A stretch of DNA of 64,000 nucleotides from a virus, in IMG/VR virus record IMGVR_UViG_3300042306_000227, positions 9,268-73,267 of that record; one strand, written 5' to 3'. Within the stretch, counting starts at the first letter, position 1, and each line of letters opens with the position of its first letter. This document shows, one piece after another, positions 58,960-64,000 of the stretch. Position numbers and translations under genes: made by a program. Under the pieces are notes generated by a model. The model did no database searches, was not told the origin of the DNA, and was given only the letters and a program-made list of their open reading frames with translations.

Positions 58960-59967
58960 TTATATGTTTTCATAGTTATCAAATGAATTGTTATATTCCT
59001 CTATCTCTGAGTAGATAGGCTTAGCACCTATGTACATCTTCTCACATTCACTGCATAGATGGAATCCATCGTATCTGTGTGATGCCACATTTACATTACA
59101 TTCATCGCAATGGTACAATCCTTCAACTTCTTTTTCAAATTGTCCTGTCTCTGTACCCATCAATGTAAGGTATCCGTAATCCTTAGCACATGATGTGCAA
59201 CAATCAAACTTCTTCTCGTATGATGTCTTGTATACCCAATCATCACAATCTAGGCAATGGATGTAGTCACCTGCCTGATGTTTAATTTCTGCTGAGTCTC
59301 TGTCAATATGAAAGTCTAACTTGCTTTGTGTAGCACCTTTGTCCCAATCATAGTTGTACTTGTTAGTCTTCTTGCTGTCATACTTGTGAATCTTAGTGCC
59401 ACCATAATCTAACCATTCGCTAGGCTTGTAGTTGCTGTTGCTGAACAATACACCTGTCTCTGTATCTGTAACGCATGCATGCTCGTTAACGATATATACC
59501 TTGTTGTCAATAGTCAGGAATGCAAACTTGCTACCTACAATGTCTCTGCCTATCAAATCCATGATAGCCTTCTGTTTGTAAAAGTCTCTAGGTAACTTGC
59601 GTAATACCTGCTCCATGTATTGGTATGTGTCACTGCGCTTGGCTGTTGATGGGAATTGTCTGATGATACCATTGTGAACGAATACCAAACCTTTGTTGAT
59701 AAGAAATGGATGTGTATTCTCATAGTCTACATTACTGCCTGTGGCAATCCTGCCATGACCTATGAAATGTGATTGAGGATATTTAGCAACAGCATCCTGA
59801 TACTTATTCCATAATTGCTTTGCATCAGGCTTTGCTGACTTAACGATGACTAGCCTGTCACCTGTGGTGTATACGAATCCGAATCCTTGAGGATTGTTTT
59901 CTATGATGGTGTTGAAATGGTCTTGCTTTAAGACTTGCTTAGGTTTTTTTACAAAGAATGTACACAT
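58960..59967 (-). CDS. Class II (Ntn) glutamine amidotransferase with C-terminal Cys clusters
   Basis: Catalytic Cys2; NPQGFG; HGRIATG; NTHPF; HNGII; SDT; four CxxC motifs; promoter TAACTTTG at 59991-98. Confidence 0.9.
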   Translation of the reverse strand: MCTFFVKKPKQVLKQDHFNTIIENNPQGFGFVYTTGDRLVIVKSAKPDAKQLWNKYQDAVAKYPQSHFIGHGRIATGSNVDYENTHPFLINKGLVFVHNGIIRQFPSTAKRSDTYQYMEQVLRKLPRDFYKQKAIMDLIGRDIVGSKFAFLTIDNKVYIVNEHACVTDTETGVLFSNSNYKPSEWLDYGGTKIHKYDSKKTNKYNYDWDKGATQSKLDFHIDRDSAEIKHQAGDYIHCLDCDDWVYKTSYEKKFDCCTSCAKDYGYLTLMGTETGQFEKEVEGLYHCDECNVNVASHRYDGFHLCSECEKMYIGAKPIYSEIEEYNNSFDNYENI

Positions 59968-60083
59968 AGTTTTGATTATTTGATTGTTTACAAAGTTAGT
60001 TATAATATTTTGTTTGACAAAATTTGTAGGGGATTAAATTAATCTAGGAATAGATATGTCGCTTCCCCTACAGCCATGAAAAA

Positions 60084-62237
60084 TTAAAAAGGATTTTGAG
60101 ATGAATCAGTTAATAAGTTTAGACTCAATTCATGTTCATTGAATATATACACGAATCTATTACCATCTAGTCTCTTAGCTAGAGCGCATATATATGTGCC
60201 ATCCTCGTGTCTGATAAAGTTCATGTAGTACCTTTCAGATGACAAAGTAGATAGCTTAAATTCAGCCCTGAAACACATGTTTGTTGTATCTGTGAATCTA
60301 GATGTGGTAATTAGCATTGCAAATATTCTGTTGAAAAATGACATCTCGCTCTGAGAATATGTTTGACATACTTGCATATCATTGTCTCTGCATGAATCAA
60401 ATAATCTTTCTGTCTGTGAATTAATAACCGATACAGGCAATGTCTCATAGTTTAATACAGAGCTAATCACACCACCAATAGTATTCAATGCTTTTTTCAC
60501 CATGATACTAAAGTTACTGCTGTATTCACATGGTGTGCCTAATGATACCATGCTGTTTGGCGCAAAGAATTGACATAGCTGTTCATTTGTCGCTCTCAAA
60601 TTGTTTACATAAATTTCATCTGAAAGGAATGCTGTATTCAATTCTGTTCTTGACCTTGATGATAGTTCTCTGTATCTTACTACATCCTGAGCGAATGATG
60701 GTTCTTCTGTCACATCTGTAGAACGCTCCTGTCTGTATGAATCATCCACATTATTTGCGCTGTATGTACCTAATGTAGGCAAATCATCTGAGAATCTACT
60801 AGCATCAAAACTTCCACCTGTCACCTGTGTATCAGGTAAGTCTACATGGAATACTCTTTCTCTAGGTGCTTCTGTAGGTACTTCTGTAGTCTCTGTAGGA
60901 GTAATGATACTCATGCTCATCATCTGCTCAACTTTCTTAATCGTGTTAATTGTAACGATACCACATTTGTACTTAGCTGATAATGTGATGAATGTCTTGA
61001 ACTTGTTCTTGAACTTATCCATGTCACCATTGCACACTACATTAAGCATAAAATTATATAGCTTAGAATTCTTTTTAGCCATCTCAAGGATAACCTTGTT
61101 ATGTGTCTTACCATACAGGTCATTTAATACTATGCGCATCAAATCAATTCTGTTCTTAAGGATGGTGTTGCTCTTAATTGCAGGGAATATTCTGAATTCA
61201 AGAATCTCATTGTTCTTCACATAGAATGATTGGTATTTTCTAGGTGAGCGAAGGTATGTACCAAACTGCTGTGCTTGGCAATAGCTGTTGTTTAAACGCT
61301 TCTCATAGATTGAATAGAATATTGGTAAACTTCCTTTCACTTTCTTAAGGATGTCCTTAGATTGTACACCATTGATTGATACATTGATGTGACCGCCACA
61401 TCTGTCGCTAGTTTCCGCATCCAATATGTCTCTAACAGGTGCAAGTACTTCATTGATGACTGCATCATTGTTCAATGGCAATACAGGAGAAATCAATTCA
61501 AATCCACCATCACCTAAACTTCCATCTCTCTCTTTCTTAAATCCTGTCTCAAACGCTAGTTTAATAGCATTCTCTCTGTCCCTGAATGTATAGTCTTGCT
61601 TCTCTGCTTCAAAACCAAAGTTAACTGCACCTAGAGTCTTGTCCATGTACTTTGTGAAATTAGATGCAATCTTTGGATGCCATGCTGAATAATGATAACC
61701 TAGCAATGTATCTGTTCCCCAAATTTGGCTGTCATCTGTAACCTTTACAAGTCTTCCAACTTCCACCAATGACTCTGTTAAATCAGGTGCAATCATATCA
61801 TCACTGATAACAATAACTTTAATCTTGTATCCGTTATGCTCTCTGTTTTCATCAATGTAATACTTCATACCGAATTCATTTACTAGCAAATCAAATAGTG
61901 AACTGCTGATATGAATTTCTGTATCATTTAGCTTTAATCTTATTCTGCTTCCACCTGAATGTGTTGAATACAATTGTGGTACGATTATTCTTCCGCTGTT
62001 CATTTTAGCTAGTCTGAACATGTTAGCATATCTGCTTTCACTATTCGTTCCTGATGAGTAAACGCTCTCGTAATCATAGACTGCATCACTTGTCATTGAA
62101 CTTGATGTCATGACTACAAACTTTTGGATGTACTTGTTAGAGAATGCATCCAATGGTAATAAAAATTTGTTTCTGCTTCTCTCATTTACAGGTGTCAATA
62201 CAGAGAATTTTCTAGGTTGTTTTTTAACTTGATTCAT
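60084..62237 (-). CDS. Amidoligase (COOH-NH2 ligase / glutamine-synthetase-like fold) with flanking domains
   Basis: FGFEAE..DGSL..GFELISP..CGGHIN..LEFRIF; start moved to ATG 62237. Confidence 0.8.
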   Translation of the reverse strand: MNQVKKQPRKFSVLTPVNERSRNKFLLPLDAFSNKYIQKFVVMTSSSMTSDAVYDYESVYSSGTNSESRYANMFRLAKMNSGRIIVPQLYSTHSGGSRIRLKLNDTEIHISSSLFDLLVNEFGMKYYIDENREHNGYKIKVIVISDDMIAPDLTESLVEVGRLVKVTDDSQIWGTDTLLGYHYSAWHPKIASNFTKYMDKTLGAVNFGFEAEKQDYTFRDRENAIKLAFETGFKKERDGSLGDGGFELISPVLPLNNDAVINEVLAPVRDILDAETSDRCGGHINVSINGVQSKDILKKVKGSLPIFYSIYEKRLNNSYCQAQQFGTYLRSPRKYQSFYVKNNEILEFRIFPAIKSNTILKNRIDLMRIVLNDLYGKTHNKVILEMAKKNSKLYNFMLNVVCNGDMDKFKNKFKTFITLSAKYKCGIVTINTIKKVEQMMSMSIITPTETTEVPTEAPRERVFHVDLPDTQVTGGSFDASRFSDDLPTLGTYSANNVDDSYRQERSTDVTEEPSFAQDVVRYRELSSRSRTELNTAFLSDEIYVNNLRATNEQLCQFFAPNSMVSLGTPCEYSSNFSIMVKKALNTIGGVISSVLNYETLPVSVINSQTERLFDSCRDNDMQVCQTYSQSEMSFFNRIFAMLITTSRFTDTTNMCFRAEFKLSTLSSERYYMNFIRHEDGTYICALAKRLDGNRFVYIFNEHELSLNLLTDSSQNPF

Positions 62238-62265
62238 GGCTGTGAATTTTTGGTTATTGGTTAAA

Positions 62266-62457
62266 TTATTTGATTGATTTTTGAGCATTGTCATAGTACA
62301 TGTAACTTCCTAATGCACCTGTCGTAAACACAAAGCATATGATTGCTAGATTGACAGCTGTTGGTTCCATTGTCATGAAACCTAATACAGGAATGAACAT
62401 TGTCACGATTGACAATAAAACTGCTAATACCATGTTGATTTTGTAATAATTACTCAT
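62266..62457 (-). CDS. Early two-TM membrane protein
   Basis: Two hydrophobic helices. Confidence 0.6.
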   Translation of the reverse strand: MSNYYKINMVLAVLLSIVTMFIPVLGFMTMEPTAVNLAIICFVFTTGALGSYMYYDNAQKSIK

Positions 62458-62692
62458 TTGATTAAGATTTACTGATTGATTAAATTGTTATAAATACAGG
62501 TTCTTTTTTGCTGTCACTTTCGTATACATAAAAAAAGTAATTAGGGAAATAGCTTTGCAACCTTTCTACTTCTTTCTCTGCCTCATGTTTAGTTTTATAA
62601 TAGCCATGTGAACCAATGTTTCCATAGCCTGAATCCTCAATGACATGATAATACTTCCTCATTTGATTAAGATTTATGATTGATAAAATTGT
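62453..62692. repeat. ~35-bp direct repeat over two early start regions
   Basis: CTCATTTGATTAAGATTTA(C)TGATTGATWAAATTGT at 62453-62488 and 62658-62692. Confidence 0.75.
62480..62662 (-). CDS. Hypothetical early protein (60 aa)
   Basis: MRKYYHVIEDSGYG..; true start lies in the repeated start-region block. Confidence 0.6.
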   Translation of the reverse strand: MRKYYHVIEDSGYGNIGSHGYYKTKHEAEKEVERLQSYFPNYFFYVYESDSKKEPVFITI

Positions 62693-62846
62693 GAACGATG
62701 GTGAATAAAGATGGCGCAAAGTTTCCCTGTAATTCATGCAGTACAATTGTTCCATCTGTGTTGATAGCTTCTACCTGATACACATCAAATTCATGTGTGT
62801 AATCATCTGTGAACGATACATAATCGTATACTTTAAATTGTCCCAT
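62667..62846 (-). CDS. First early gene (59 aa, not in ORF track)
   Basis: My translation: MGQFKVYDYVSFTDDYTHEFDVYQVEAINTDGTIVLHELQGNFAPSLF..; A-rich start region just after the ribozyme. Confidence 0.65.
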   Translation of the reverse strand: MGQFKVYDYVSFTDDYTHEFDVYQVEAINTDGTIVLHELQGNFAPSLFTIVHNFINHKS

Positions 62847-62865
62847 GTTAAATGGTTTTTTAATT

Positions 62866-62917
62866 ACTATTTCATCCTTTCGGAATCATCAGCACACATA
62901 ACACATGTGTGTATAGC
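62866..62917 (-). ncRNA. Hammerhead ribozyme, type III topology
   Basis: GCUAU-A / CACACAU-guguu-AUGUGUG / CUGAUGA / UUCC-gaaa-GGAU / GAA-AUAGU; predicted cleavage after AUA, between 62912 and 62911. Confidence 0.85.
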
Positions 62918-62949
62918 ATCGCAATCCCTAGTATGCTCATCTGTATGCT

Positions 62950-63178
62950 CTATGTCTGTTCCTGTACTTAGATAACGATTTACATCGTGATGGGTACATT
63001 ATCTGTAGCTACATGCAGTCTATTGTATAAAAGTTCATGCTTTCAAGCTAACTACTAGCATGATGTGTATGCATTCAATCATGGCGTAGTGTACTTGGTG
63101 TGTCTCTGTAGCCTGTCTACTTTTGTTCCTGTACTTATAGTGTGCTTGTCAGCAGTTTTGGGTACATTGTCCGTAGAT
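62950..63178 (-). ncRNA. Duplicated structured RNA motif in the early leader
   Basis: Two copies of CUACrGAyAAUGUACCC-[variable hairpin]-UAAGUACAGGAACA. Confidence 0.55.
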
Positions 63179-63251
63179 GTCGTTGATTGTCAATCAGTTA
63201 TGTATTGGATATACATGTAACGCATTGATTATCAATAACTTAGGCGTAAAC

Positions 63252-63288
63252 TTCAAAGAACTTGTCGTGCATTGACATCACAATACTA
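63252..63288 (-). promoter_or_regulatory. Early promoter followed by a hairpin and boxA-like site
   Basis: TAGTATTG (-7 variant), then UGUC-N7-GACA hairpin, then GUUCUUUGAA. Confidence 0.55.
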
Positions 63289-63420
63289 CATCATGTATGT
63301 ATACAAACATCAATTGCACCCAAATATTTTTCAAGATATTTTTTTAGACACAGATAACACAATGTGAATCAATCAGATGCAACAGAAAAAAAATTTTAAA
63401 AAAAGTTATCAGGACAGCAA

Positions 63421-63835
63421 ACAGGGATAATTGCAAACGTTTGCGGAAATATTTGCGGAAGAAATACACAGGACAAAATCAGGGACATATATAGTATGTG
63501 ATTGTTAACAGACAACAGAAGGAAACAGGACACAATGTATACAGGAGAAAACACAGGAGAGAATAGTTATAACTAAGAACTTAGTCACACACAGGAGAGA
63601 CACAGGAAGACAGGCAAAGGTCATTTCGGATTATTACACAGGGACAAAATACACAGGAGATAGGTAAGCATGACAGATACACAGGAGAAAAAGCATATAG
63701 GTGTATGGGCAATGTTACGCATACAGGCTTACATAGGCATCTGATAACACTATAACACATTGATTGATAATGAATTAGGTTAGTAACCTACATTAGGATT
63801 GACCTACCCACTCAGGCAAAGCAGTTTCCCACAGG
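63421..63835. repeat. Co-oriented ACAGG repeat field in the terminal non-coding region
   Basis: 13 ACAGG copies counted, including four exact ACACAGGAGA. Confidence 0.75.
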
Positions 63836-64000
63836 TTAGGCATGGCCTGTCATTAATACTGGAACCCTACGCTATCAGATTGATGCCCTTATTCTTAATA
63901 GGCTGGAATGGGCAAATGTGTATGCAGATTGCAAGGTGCAGAAAGACCTACCCATGTGCTGAAAGCATATGTACCCAGTCTGCAGAACGTTAAGTTGCTG

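Noticed and set aside
62950-63178. Twister ribozyme
   Set aside because: Has YAA before a stem but lacks the GUNNCAAGC loop and the pseudoknot partners
62950-63835. CRISPR or mini-CRISPR array
   Set aside because: Repeats are short or internally variable and irregularly spaced; no cas genes
63421-63835. CsrB/RsmZ-like sponge RNA as a feature call
   Set aside because: No + strand promoter or terminator, GGA motifs not in clear hairpin loops, and CsrA is uncommon in Bacteroidota
63799-63993. 64-aa plus-strand ORF
   Set aside because: Non-ATG start, atypical composition, lies in the repeat-rich terminal region
1-64000. Stop-codon reassignment or prophage context
   Set aside because: Standard code gives dense full-length ORFs with TAG and TGA used as stops; no integrase, repressor or host genes seen

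Overview
The window is most or all of a ~64 kb, AT-rich tailed phage genome (podovirus-like, crAss/Cellulophaga-podovirus-type head-tail module). The host is almost certainly Bacteroidota: about 20 TAnnTTTG -7 promoter boxes, A-rich start regions without SD sequences, signal peptides followed by Gln, and a T9SS C-terminal domain. The + strand (1-48.5 kb) carries packaging, head, tail, ejection proteins, three S74-chaperone tail fibres, an unusual envelope cassette (CsgG-like, cohesin/dockerin, free T9SS-CTD lipoprotein, beta-barrel) and lysis genes. The - strand (48.5-63.3 kb) carries recombination/replication genes, an iteron origin, an amidoligase + GATase pair and small early genes. I found no RNA polymerase, DNA polymerase, integrase or tRNA. 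The most striking unannotated signals are non-coding. (1) The first early transcript has a ~430-nt leader with a boxA-like site, a duplicated structured RNA motif and a type III hammerhead ribozyme. (2) A stand-alone ~60-nt sRNA lies behind the capsid gene, with related anti-start-codon 3' UTRs elsewhere. (3) The capsid 5' leader is structured. (4) Arrays of ~28-bp palindromes flank the csgG-barrel pair. (5) A small basic gene is overprinted inside the 2651-aa ejection protein. All protein-family calls are by motif recognition only; no searches were run.
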